This document shows, piece by piece, positions 39,296 to 48,855 of a stretch of DNA of 64,000 nucleotides. The notes under the pieces were generated by a model. It was given only the letters and a program-made list of their open reading frames with translations, was not told the DNA's origin and did not search any database. How positions within the stretch are numbered: position 1 is the first letter of the stretch; the number at the start of each line of letters is the position of its first letter. This stretch comes from Macrostomum lignano. Taxonomy: Eukaryota. Position numbers and translations under genes: made by a program. The DNA lies in contig NIVC01003893.1 in the NCBI GenBank assembly GCA_002269645.1, positions 1 to 64,000 of the forward strand, written 5' to 3'.

Positions 39296-42200
39296 CTGAG
39301 AGAAACATGCGGGAGGAATAAGACACAGGGTGAGAGAATCGTCTGCAAGAGGGAAAAGAGAAACGTGCAAGAAGGAAAAGAGAACGTGTGAGAGGGAAAA
39401 GAGAAACGTGCAAGAATGATGAGAGAAAAGTGCAAAAGGGACTTTGAGACATGGTTGAAATACAGAAGCTCATTCAAAGTTCCAGCCCAAAGCGACGTAC
39501 AAACATACTCGTGAATGAAGTGACAGAGCGATCGAGTGAATGTCAATAGTCCAATTCAAACAAATGCGAATCGGATGCACTATTGGCTGTTTGCCAGGAT
39601 TTTCCAGGCACAAATAGAGTCGGGCTATGATTATACCAGCTATCTACGATAGCTTTCGAGAAAGATAGAATGTTAAAAAATGGTACAGACAGACAGACAG
39701 ACTGGGAGCTGAACGAACGCTGAGTGAGTGGGGGGGATTACTGGGGAACGCAAACTGCACAATTAAAGTCCCGCGCTCATACAAGCCATTAAGCTGGGGC
39801 ACTTGGGAGTTGCTATTCATATATGGGATTAGCTGGTCTTGCTCACTGGGTCAGTAATCGAAGGCTGCTTAAGTTGAATTTTTTTATCACTATCATTTAT
39901 CTATTCGTCCGTACTGTATCTCTGTCAGTGTCTTTGCTTGCTGTGTGAGATCAAGGGCGATCTGTGTGTCTCTTTCTCACTCCGCCTGTCTTCTATCTCA
40001 CTGTTCTATCCCTGATTGTGTCTATCCCTCTCCCCGCCTGTCTTCTATCTCACTGTTCTATCCCTGATTGTGTCTATCCCTCTCCCCCGCCTGTCTTCTA
40101 TCTCACTGTTCTATCCCTGATTGTGTCTATCCCTCTCCCCGCCTGTCTTCTATCTCACTGTTCTATCCCTGATTGTGTCTATCCCTCTCCCCCGCCTGTC
40201 TTCTATCTCACTGTTCTATCCCTGATTGTGTCTATCCCTCTCCCCCGCCTGTCTTCTATCTCACTGTTCTATCCCTGATTGTGTCTATCCCTCTCCCCCG
40301 CCTGTCTTCTATCTCACTGTTCTATCCCTGATTGTGTCTATCCCTCTCCCCGCCTGTCTTCTATCTCACTGTTCTATCCCTGATTGTGTCTATCCCTCTC
40401 CCCGCCTGTCTTCTATCTCACTGTTCTATCCCTGATTGTGTCTATCCCTCTCCCCGCCTGTCTTCTATCTCACTGTTCTATCCCTGATTGTGTCTATCCC
40501 TCTCCCCGCCTGTCTTCTATCTCACTGTTCTATCCCTGATTGTGTCTATCCCTCTCCCCCGCCTGTCTTCTATCTCACTGTTCTATCCCTGATTGTGTCT
40601 GCCCCCCTCTTCACCTGTCTTCTATCTCACTGTTCTATCTCTGATTTTCTTTACCATTCTGTACGTCAACACTCGCGTCCATTTTTCCCAACTAATTGTC
40701 GCCTTTATCTTTACCCACTCTGACACGCAAAAAACTCTTACAATAGACTCGGCCAATCAACTTTATTTATAGCCTGCGCTTGCCAGCCGGCAGTTTAATT
40801 GGCGCAAAAGCCGAGCCAGACTATTTAGTACAATTATATCCGCCTACCAAAATTGTTGCCCAAATTATTTTAATTACCCTCTTAGTCATGCTTTAGGAGA
40901 CGGGGACAGCTGGTGATGACGGCCAGGCGGGTGTTTGTGATAAGAGGGCAAGGCGGGTGCTGGTGATAAGAGGCCAAGGCGGGTGCTGGTGATAAGAGGG
41001 CAAGGCGGGTGCTGGTGATAAGAGGGCAAGGTGGGTGCTAGTGATAAGAGGCCAAGGCGGGTGCTGGTGATAAGAGGGCAAGGTGGGTGCTAGTGATAAG
41101 AGGCCAAGGCAGTGCTTGTGATAAGAGGGCAAGGTGGGTGCTAGTGATAAGAGGCCAAGGCGGGTGCTGGTGATAAGAGGGCAAGGTGGGTGCTAGTGAT
41201 AAGAGGCCAAGGCGGGTGCTGGTGATAAGAGGGCAAGGTGGGTGCTAGTGATAAGAGGCCAAGGCGGGTGCTGGTGACAAGAGGGCAAGGTGGGTGCTAG
41301 TGATAAGAGGGAAAGGTGGGTGCTGGCGACAAGAGGGTAAGGCAGGTGCTTGTGATAGGAATGGAAATATTTATCTACCTGGATTTCTGTGTTACACGCA
41401 ATTCAGTCTGGGCTAAATGAGAAGTGCTAAATAAAACATGCAATTATGCCCTACAGAAGTCAAAGTCGATGCCCAAGGTAAAGATAACAAGGGTCCAACG
41501 CGAGCGGAGATAAGAGAACAAATTGCAGGACGATTTATGGATAATTAATAACTATAACTAATCACGGAGGCCAGAAGCTGGACGTCAGCAAGAAAAAGCA
41601 CTGATTAAAACCACGTGACGCTATAAATGAAGGTCATTGGAATTACGCGCTTTCGACTTCTCTCTCTGTCCTCTGTACCTGCTCTTCATCAGGTCAAGTA
41701 GTACTGCTAAATTTGCAGGTGATTTTAAAGACCCAAATCAGAAAAATATCAAATTACGTAAAGCCCAAATTACAACACACATTCTAAATTACACAAACCG
41801 TAAATTACACAAATCCCAAATTAAACAAACCCCAAATTACACGAACCCTAAATTACATATATTTCAAATTGCACAAACCTTAAATTACACAAATTCCAAA
41901 TTACACAAATCCCAAATTACACAAGCCCTAAATTACATAAATCTCAAATTGCACAAATCCCAAATTACACAAACCTTAAATTACACAAATCCCAAATTAC
42001 ACAAACCTTAAATTACACGAATTCCAAATTACACAAACCTTAAATTACACGAATTCCAAATTACACAAACCTTAAATTACACAAATTCCAAATTGCATAA
42101 ATCCCAAACTACACAAATGCTAAATCACAAAAATCCCAAATTACACAAACCACAAACTACACGAACCCCAAATTACACAAACCTTAAATTTACACAATTT

Positions 42201-45034
42201 TCAAATTACACTAATCATGAAATGATACAAACCTTAATTTACAAAACTATAAATCACGAACTTAAGTTTCACCGTCATTTAATTTTGCAAGTATTTTCAT
42301 AATTACTTTTTAGATCAGTTTCAAACAAAATGCCCTATGAAACTGAAGCAAGATTTGGCAGTGACGTATTCCTTCTCTCCCTGATCTCCCTAACCAGTCC
42401 ATATTTCTTTGCATTTGAAGGATTTCCCATTCAATCAGTAGATTTTATTCAGATTTCATTTCCGTAACAAAGCTTTTTTCAGGGGTGAAATGCTATAATT
42501 AGAAATTATAATTCGGCCATAATTATAAAAAAATTTCCACCTGGCGTTCGTATACTTGAACGCTGCTAGGAAGTCACGCCATACGGAGCTAGCTAGTTCC
42601 ATCGCGTAGGTACAACATGAACTTTGGAGAATAGGAAAAAGGGATTGAAACCTTATTGGCAGGAGTAGCAAAACTCACAGAAAAGTAGCAAAGGATTTCA
42701 TAAAGCTACCTGACTGTGATTCTATTATTATTAGACAACTAACGTCAGTCTTCATCTGACGCATACTAACTTAACCAAATATAATTGAAAACTGTTAATA
42801 CAGCAATTAAATCTACCAATCTTATCTGTAATTAAAATATCACTTAATCAACAAATTCAATTATGTAAACTGATCAACCAATTAACAAAAAATAAAGAAA
42901 TTACTTCAATTAAAAAATCAATTTGCTTACTTGTACATCAAACGAAGGAAATCAATCGATCAATAAATCTAATTAAATAATTAATCAAGCAGTTGATCAG
43001 TCTAACAAATATGCAATTAAACTATTCTATATATCTATTCAGCAAGTAACGCAAAATTAGTCGATCAAATAAATTAATGAAATAGTCAATCAATCAGTTC
43101 ATCAATCAACAATCAACCAATCAATTTCCTAGTTACAGTCAGGGGCTGTGTTTACCCTGGATCACTTTAAGCGGAATTGTCACACAGCCGGCGAGAGGCA
43201 TTATACTGCCCTTTCCACCGACTCCCGTGAGCAGGCACACACTCACAGGAGTGTACAGAGGCCCAAAATTTATTGATCGTTAGGCATGTACACTTCACTG
43301 TGCCTTGGGGCTTAGCCCTTAAGTGCGTTAATTGCACGAGCAGAGCCAAGCCGAGATTCCAATTTAGCCCCAAATTAATGCCCCCCCTCCTCACCACATC
43401 GAACAGCCTGGCATCCAGCGGCATCAACGACGCGCCCTCCCGATTCATCCAATTGTTAGTCAGCAGGGCGGTTCGAAAGCCGCTGCTACGGCAGGCCCGC
43501 ACAGCGTCCAGCATCTCCGGCAGAGGCTCGGCCAGGTCCATGGCCTCCAGCATGCCGGCGGCGTCGATTGGCCGACCGGCGCGGTTGGCGATTTCCCGGG
43601 AGAAAGCGACAGAAAATTCTTCTAGTGGCAATTGGCCGGTTTCCAATCTGTGCCAGGCGCCGCTGTCCCCGCCGCTGAGGATCGTCTGGCGGTCCAGTGC
43701 CGGGTGGGTGGACAGGTTGGTGGACAGGTAGATGGATAGGTAGATAACAGATGGTCAGGTAAGCAACCGGGTGGATGGACTAGCAGATGGACTAGTATAT
43801 ATAATTTAAGGGTTTTCATTGGGTCCTTTGAAACTTCACAATAGCAATCCGGCCCGCTCAAGGTTTGTGTCTCTTCTCTTCCCTTTCCTCCCCTATTCTC
43901 TCCTCTCCCTCATTTTTCCCTCTCCATTTTCTCTCACCTGGCCCGCAGCCATAAGCTGGATTCTTTATCTGGCCCTGTGAGGTAAAAAAGTTTGCCGACC
44001 CCTGCATTAGGTGGACAAGGCATGCGTGGGTGGTTGGACATGATATCACTTGACAAGCATGGACAGGTCAGGCTCATGACACGACAAGTCAGATGAAAAA
44101 TATACAGGTAGATGGGTAATAGATTTTGCAGACATGCAATCAATCAAATAACCAATCAATCAGTCAATTAATAAATCAATTATTCATTCAATAAGTCAAT
44201 AAATCAATCTGGTAGTGCTACACGCTTGGCGATGAGTAGGCTCAATCCAGTCAATCAATCAATTAGTCAGTCAGCTACTCAATCAACCAAATCAACCAAA
44301 GAACCAATCAATCAAGCAAGCAATCAATCAAGCAATCAATCAATCAAGGAAGCAAGCAATCAACCAGTCAATCAACTAGTCAATTAATCAATCAAGCAAT
44401 CAATCAACAATATATCAAGCAATCAACCACCAATAAATCAATCAATCACCAATCAATCAATCAAGGAAGCAAGCAATCAACCAGTCAATCAATCAAGCAA
44501 TCAACCACCAATTTATCAATCACCAATCAATTAATCAGTCAATAAAATACTCAATCAACCAGTCAATCAATCAATCAATCAAGCAATCAACCACCAATTT
44601 ATCAATCACCAATCAATTAATCAGTCAATAAAATACTCAATCAACCAGTCAATCAATCAAGCAATCAACCACCAATCAATCAATCACCAATCAATTAATC
44701 AGTCAATCAATTACTCAATCAACCAAAGAACCAATCAATCAGTCAATAAATCAATCAATCCCTTAGCCCTCACCCGCAGTAGCTCGCCCTCAGCCAATCG
44801 ATTTCGGCTTTCGAATTCGCGGAACACCACGGCCGGTCCCGGGATGAGGACGCCGCCCATGTCGAATACGACGGCTTTGTAGGCGCCGTTACCGCCGGCC
44901 CCGGCGCCGCCGCTGCTGGCCAAGCAGCGCGCCAGATTGGCGCCACTGCCAACACTGCCGTGCATCAGGAGAGGCGCCGCAGCGACTCGCTTCAACAACA
45001 GCGCCGCCGATTTTGGCGACGAATATCGAAGCAT
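18596..45034 (-). CDS. ACAD10: Acyl-CoA dehydrogenase family member 10 (HAD + APH-type kinase + ACAD domains), 9 exons, 1061 aa
   Basis: Exons 45034-44774, 43685-43395, 39111-38953, 38095-37601, 36777-36493, 32668-32397, 31636-31138, 29145-28791, 19164-18596 total 3186 nt; all GT-AG with compatible phases. Motifs: [61 protein letters not shown]-terminal SKL. Confidence 0.95.
19178..20176. repeat. Two abutting minisatellites: 21-bp (GAAGGATAATTGGGGTGGAGT) then ~23-bp (GGATAGAATACAGGTAGAAGGGC)
   Basis: Arrays begin a few bases from the ACAD10 exon 9 acceptor. Confidence 0.95.
21450..22940 (+). CDS. Single-exon SOCS-box protein with an ankyrin-like repeat (ASB-like), 496 aa, nested antisense in ACAD10 intron 8
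   Basis: Uninterrupted ORF from the first ATG at 21450. [27 protein letters not shown] is ankyrin-like. C-terminal [18 protein letters not shown]...[16 protein letters not shown] fits the SOCS-box pattern. Confidence 0.75.
   Translation: MSQTGCLVRSKRASTKSNNSTASTVSSGTGAAGGAACLFGACFGAGAGAGSGAAGRANPVNADAIEKLTERLAYHIQLGNTRSVERILRKLRAVPPSKVVVSVKRRHLSPNFLAWTNRSQDPFLHFHQECSPVVWAVDNQQWQMLPILAKYGHDPNRPLQCKRWNFSPASSNRSAMVPYKKFWTKGRYTYQSALDYYFGSIYEFLGEEMQRMSSSAVGYSSPSTFYYFFQQLPQLLLRGIDVHRIDSIILFNSLGYSLNWYLTKYTNENNTVPDIPEQNDSCAEIFTVRSLIKAGFSEFECLEFLSSSHNWFGILICLLCHPRLDQYGSNIQLPPIIQEAALLLINFLSLSSSHPTSEEISESLENLSLRKLYAKRYSQRRQEFKDNLETLQRACSDFNKRPMSLRLQARNAVRRNIGGVDFGAKLRRLAQTFPAEVVAFLSYVDMDSLHLLHPPRVLLKLAKRENPFSTEDAAEASSSDGESAGSTSHEGEVSVV
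23936..24227 (-). mobile_element. tRNA-derived CORE-like SINE (family B)
   Basis: Head GGGAGGTTGTAGCCTAGAGGTTAGAGCGTCAGACTC...GGTTCGATTCCCG, then TGTGCCCTTGAGCAAGACAC...GCTTCAGTTCACTTAGCTGTAAAATGGGT, which resembles the MIR/CORE domain as recalled from memory. Confidence 0.75.
24276..24605. repeat. 24-bp minisatellite (GCGCCATCTCAAGCATTGATTGTG), ~14 copies
   Basis: Near-perfect array between the SINE and the retrotransposon 3' tail. Confidence 0.95.
24611..26529 (-). mobile_element. 5'-truncated non-LTR retrotransposon (RT + RNase H + CCHC; I/R1/Loa group), 14-bp TSD, (TAAG)n tail
   Basis: ORF starts mid-RT ([18 protein letters not shown]). RNase H motifs FTDGS, QAEI, YTDS and GHS..GNELAD; zinc knuckle CPFC...AEHHVTFC; stop at 24704. 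TCTCAAGCACACAA flanks both ends (24597-24610, 26530-26543). Confidence 0.92.
26915..27435. repeat. ~17-bp degenerate minisatellite (AAAACTACATCAGCTC)
   Basis: Tandem array in ACAD10 intron 8. Confidence 0.85.
28008..28675. repeat. 14-15-bp minisatellite (GTGTCAGTCAAA[AA/GTA/TA])
   Basis: Tandem array near the ACAD10 exon 8 donor. Confidence 0.95.
28791..29145 (-). CDS. ACAD10: ACAD10 exon 8 (ACAD middle domain)
   Basis: [11 protein letters not shown]...[18 protein letters not shown]...[10 protein letters not shown]...DAP G|GTGAGT. Confidence 0.95.
29148..31095. repeat. 30-34-bp G-rich minisatellite filling ACAD10 intron 7
   Basis: Unit GGGGATTTCGGGTAA(A)CT(GACA)GGGTGTTGGATT; occupies nearly the whole 1992-bp intron. 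Confidence 0.97.
31138..31636 (-). CDS. ACAD10: ACAD10 exon 7 (ACAD N-domain)
   Basis: CAG|[13 protein letters not shown]...GLWNLFLP...[15 protein letters not shown]...[12 protein letters not shown]|GT. Confidence 0.95.
31676..32392. repeat. ~37-bp minisatellite filling ACAD10 intron 6
   Basis: Unit CCCCTAGCAACTGAGGATCCGGGAGGGTCTGCATAT; includes a duplicated multi-unit block. Confidence 0.97.
32397..32668 (-). CDS. ACAD10: ACAD10 exon 6 (kinase C-lobe)
   Basis: [15 protein letters not shown]...[13 protein letters not shown]|GTGAGT. Confidence 0.95.
32698..34132. repeat. 16-bp minisatellite (TTCCAGAGTGCTACTG) in ACAD10 intron 5
   Basis: About 90 units; source of many artefact ORFs. Confidence 0.97.
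34137..34373 (+). mobile_element. Dispersed-repeat cap with a Helitron-like 3' end following the 16-bp array
   Basis: 34137-34290 matches 47477-47632. 34315-34374 matches the reverse complement of 53647-53714: GC hairpin, then ACTAGA(C/T)TG, then C(T/G)AG|T. Confidence 0.5.
35008..35490. repeat. GA-rich 14-bp repeat (GGGGCGGAGAGAGA)
   Basis: Tandem purine-rich array. Confidence 0.9.
35921..36400. repeat. 19-bp minisatellite (ATTCTAGGAAACAGCCATT)
   Basis: Tandem array near the ACAD10 exon 5 donor. Confidence 0.92.
36493..36777 (-). CDS. ACAD10: ACAD10 exon 5 (kinase, HGDFRLDN)
   Basis: [16 protein letters not shown]...[13 protein letters not shown]; donor CAG|GTAGG. Confidence 0.95.
36832..37500. 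repeat. 20-bp minisatellite (AAGATCGATTCTAAGAAAGT) filling ACAD10 intron 4
   Basis: Tandem array, degenerate toward its edges. Confidence 0.9.
37601..38095 (-). CDS. ACAD10: ACAD10 exon 4 (kinase N-lobe)
   Basis: [11 protein letters not shown]...[23 protein letters not shown]...GTPFYVMEY. Confidence 0.95.
38122..38695. repeat. (GACA)n microsatellite in ACAD10 intron 3
   Basis: Tetranucleotide run ending ~25 nt from the exon 4 acceptor. Confidence 0.97.
38953..39111 (-). CDS. ACAD10: ACAD10 exon 3 (HAD)
   Basis: [17 protein letters not shown]...[22 protein letters not shown]|GTGAGA. Confidence 0.92.
39982..40640. repeat. 53-54-bp minisatellite
   Basis: Unit CGCCTGTCTTCTATCTCACTGTTCTATCCCTGATTGTGTCTATCCCTCTCCCC, ~12 copies. 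Confidence 0.95.
40915..41355. repeat. 26-bp minisatellite (GTGATAAGAGG[G/C]CAAGG[C/T]GGGTGCT[G/A])
   Basis: Tandem array in ACAD10 intron 2. Confidence 0.92.
41750..42250. repeat. ~16-bp degenerate repeat (AAATTACACAAATCCC)
   Basis: Tandem array in ACAD10 intron 2. Confidence 0.85.
43190..43345 (-). mobile_element. Partial SINE family A body near the ACAD10 exon 2 donor
   Basis: Minus strand CCAAGGCACAGTGAAGTGTACATGCC...GGGCCTCTGTACAC matches 6298-6360. Confidence 0.6.
43395..43685 (-). CDS. ACAD10: ACAD10 exon 2 (HAD)
   Basis: CAG|[17 protein letters not shown]...TALLTNNW...LFDV|GTGAGG. Confidence 0.9.
44135..44760. repeat. Degenerate (TCAA)n array in ACAD10 intron 1
   Basis: Runs up to ~15 nt from the exon 1 donor. 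Confidence 0.9.
44774..45034 (-). CDS. ACAD10: ACAD10 exon 1 (presequence-like N-terminus + HAD motif I)
   Basis: MLRYSSPK...[14 protein letters not shown]; donor CGG|GTGAGG. Confidence 0.9.
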
Positions 45035-45942
45035 TTTCTTGTTTCAATGTTTATCGCTGTTTTACGGTATGTTTCTATGATTTTTTAATTTTTCGCAATG
45101 GTTCACAGCTCCTACCATGCATAAATTTAGTTTCAGATTCAGAATTCAGAAATAGATTTCTTTCAGCATTTTGCTTAAATTATAGTGAAAATCACGTTCA
45201 TTTGTGAAGCGCTTGATGCATAAATCTTCAACTATAGGACTGCTATTGTTGTTCCGAAATCTCAAAACCAGAGGAGGCCTGTGTAGCCTTTAAACATCTA
45301 ACACCAAGGATCTCACATTTGAGAGCGGTTTTCCTAAGGTTTGACGTTCTAAACTAAATCCACAATTCCGTGACAAACAATCAGCTTTGGCGGATCAGGA
45401 TTATCTAATTTTTACAATCGACGTCATGTTGAATTAATCGATTGGATTCTAACGCTAAGAATTCGGATTTATTTATGGTAGACTTTGAAAAACAAATCCA
45501 TTACACCCTACTGCTATCGCCGAAATAAGTAGGCTAGTCAGGACAATTCAATTTCTTAAAATCTCACCCAGTGGGACCATAAAAATTTGGCCGCTGATAA
45601 GATTTACATGATAAAACATTCACTGAAACCTAGTTAATAACTGAGTAATAAGAAGCACTAAAGATAAGGCGCGCCTTTGAACTTATTTTCTATTTATTGT
45701 ATATCCGAAAGTCCATTGACTATTGTAATTCACAAAATTCAGTTACACAGGCTAAACAGTTAAAATGAAAACAACGCTGCTAATAATTCGAACTGAATTG
45801 AATTAGCTCGTAAAATAAAACAAAACAATGACGCTTGCAATTAAAACAAAACGTGAGTATATATGTATTTATCCAGTTCTAACACTATTACAGTTAAATT
45901 CAATACTTTACAAGCAATTTTCATTGGTTGCAAAAATTTTTT

Positions 45943-46223
45943 TTAAAAGTCCTGCTCGCTCCTGGCCTGCACTTCTTTCCAATAGTTGCCTCTATGCCGC
46001 AGAAATTGCGCAATCACAATCACGTGACCAATGCCTACGACTAGGACGAACAGATAGATTCTAAATTTCCTTCGAGCATGCAGCCAAGCCGGCTTGTACA
46101 CCGACTCGTAGTCAATGGAAGCTGGCACCGATTCCGTATTGGGGTATTTCTTAGCCAGAATTAGGATTCGCTTCTGCCATTCCGTAGGTTTCATTGCAAT
46201 GCCTGTGCCGGTGTTGCTTGCAC
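45943..46223 (-). CDS. FAM162A: FAM162-like (DUF1075) small mitochondrial membrane protein; last or only coding exon
   Basis: KPTEWQKRILILAKKY...VPASIDYE...ARRKFRIYLFVLVVGIGHVIVI matches the family pattern PT.WQKKILIW...IPETVS.E...A..K.RV followed by a transmembrane segment. Acceptor CTCAG| at 46224; internal ATG at 46194. Confidence 0.75.
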
Positions 46224-46279
46224 CTGAGCCCGGGGATACAAGTGGAGGGTTTGAGAAGTATAGCTTTTTTTTATAAATG

Positions 46280-46632
46280 AAGAGGGTAGTGGTACCTAGT
46301 GAAAGGAATGGAGAGGGTGTAGCAGGACTCCATCTAAAAAATGGAGAGGGAATAGTAGGACTCCATCAAAGGAATGGGGAGGGTGTAGCAGGACTCCATC
46401 AAAGGAATAGAGAGGGTGTAGTGGGGCTCCATCAAAGGAATGGGGAGGGTGTAGCAGGACTCCATCAAAGGAATAGAGAGGGTGTAGTGGGGCTCCATCA
46501 AAGGAATGGGGAGGGTGTAGTGGGACTCCATCAAAGGAATGGGGAGGGTGTAGTGGGACTCCATCAAAGGAATGGGGTGTAGCAGGACTCAATCAAAGGA
46601 ATAGAGAGGGTGTATCAGGACTCCATCAAAAG
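46280..46632. repeat. 33-bp minisatellite (GGAGGGTGTAGCAGGACTCCATCAAAGGAATGG)
   Basis: About 10 copies. Confidence 0.92.
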
Positions 46633-46929
46633 AGGTCAATTATATAAGTAAATTGGTTTTACTTACTTTTAGATGACTGGCAAAGATGAGCGATGCTCAA
46701 ATTGGACCAAGGTAAAAGTTTGTATCGATGACAATGCACTGAGAAAGACTTGAAAGCAAAACCATTCAATGCTGACATTGTCTGTATAACACTAGAAAGT
46801 CTAGATTTAATTTGGGCATGCATTCAAAATAATAAAATATGCTTATACAACATACTTGCTATATTTATAAAAGATAAAGTAAAAACAAAATATATTAGAC
46901 AATATATAAGCCATAAACTTAACTTGACC

Positions 46930-47250
46930 TATAAACCAAGGATTACTGCACTTGATAAGCCAAGGATTACTGCACTTGATAAGCCAATGATTACTGCACT
47001 TGATAAACCAAGGATTACTGCACTTGATAAACCAAGGATTACTGCACTTGATAAACCAAGGATTACTGCACTTGATAAACCAAGGATTACTGCACTTGAT
47101 AAACCAAGGATTACTGCACTTGATAAACCAAGGATTACTGCACTTGATAAACCAAGGATTACTGCACTTGATAAACCAAGGATTACTGCACTTGATAAAC
47201 CAAGGATTACTGCACTTGATAAACCAAGGATTACTGCACTTGATAAGCTA
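46930..47250. repeat. 24-bp minisatellite (AAACCAAGGATTACTGCACTTGAT), ~13 copies
   Basis: Near-perfect array. Confidence 0.95.
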
Positions 47251-47844
47251 CGGATTATGCTACTAGCCTAGAAATGGACTAATGCACTACTGAGACATCG
47301 ATTTTTCACTTGATGAGTAAAGGAATTTTGCACTAGATGAGGAAATGATTATTGCACTAGGTACTTGCTGTCTGGTAGATTTTTGCTATTTGGGGGATGC
47401 TTGCTATCTGGAAGATGCTTGCTATCTAGGGGATGCTTGCTATCTGAGGGTGCTTGCTGTCTTGGGGATGTTTTCAATTTAGGGGAATGTCTGTTATCTT
47501 TGTGAAAACTATATCTTGTTGTCTTTCTGTTAATTTTAGAAAAAATGAAAGAGATTCATTGCAAACATCTTTGTCTGTGACAATTTTACTCGAATAAGAT
47601 GATTTATAAAACTGAAGAAGGAATTGGTTTTTAACTTAAACAAAAACTTTTTAATAGTTAGTAGGATAGAGGTAAACATAAAATGGAGTACAATCGTGTA
47701 AAATTAGGATTTGAGGCAAGCATTTGATATTGTTGGCTGGGTGCCGCGCAGAATGTCTGTCTGACTCTAAAACATGTATTGGAAAACTCTGGCCTCTGCC
47801 TTTGACTTTCCCTACGTCCCTTGGATCCTTTGAAACTTATATCT

Positions 47845-48215
47845 TCTCTTCTGTTTCCTCTCTTCTCTCTCGTCCCTCGTCTTTCCTCTCTTTTCTCTCT
47901 CCTCTCGTATCTTCCTTCTCCCCTCTATTCTTTTCTCTATCCTCTCTTCTCTCTCGTCTCTCCTTTCTCCTCTTTTATCTCTTCTCATTTCTCTCTGCTC
48001 TCTACTCTCTCTTCTCTCTCCCTCTTCTTATTCCTCACTCTCCCCTCTCTCAACACTTCCCTCTTCTCTCAACTCTCTCCTTTCCACTCTTTACTCTCTC
48101 TCCTCTTATCTCGTCTCTTCTCTCCTCTCTCCCCTCTTCTCTCGTCTCTCTCTTTGCTATCTCATCTCCTTTCTCTTCTTTATCTTTTCTCTCTTGTCTC
48201 TTCTCATTTCTCTCT

Positions 48216-48292
<77 letters not shown>

Positions 48293-48855
48293 TCTCCTCT
48301 CCCATCTTTCTTCTCCCCTCTACTCTCCCCTTCACCTCTCCATTCTCCCCTTTCCTCTCCTCTCTCCTCACTCACTTCTCTCTCCCTGTGTCTCTCCTAT
48401 CTCCTCTCGTCTCTTTAATCTCTTCTCTCTTATCTCTCCTCTCCCATCTCTCGTCTGTTCACTTTCGTCTCTGCTCTCTCATCCCCCTCTTTTATTTGTC
48501 ATCTTTAGTGTCATCTTATTTGTTCTCTCACCTCTCTCCTCTGTACTCTTTTCTTTCCCCTTTTTTGACTCCTCGCATTCCTTTCTCCTTTCTTCTCTTC
48601 TCTTCTCTTCCTTCTTCTATACTACCTCCCTCTCTTGTCTCCTCTCTTCTCTCTCCACTCTCCTCTCTCCTCCTTTATCTCTTATCTCTCATTTCTTATC
48701 TCTCCTTACACCTCTCTTATCTCTACAATCTTATCTCTTCTCTCTTTCCTTTACTCTCTCATCTCTCCTTTCATCTCTTTCCTCTCGCCTGTCTCCTGTC
48801 TCCTCTCATCTGCAGCTTTCTGCTCTCTCATCTCTACTTTCTTCTCTCTCCTCTT
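47845..48855. repeat. CT-rich low-complexity tract with a (CT)n core at ~48215-48290
   Basis: Polypyrimidine strand; source of the Leu/Ser-rich artefact ORFs. Confidence 0.9.
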
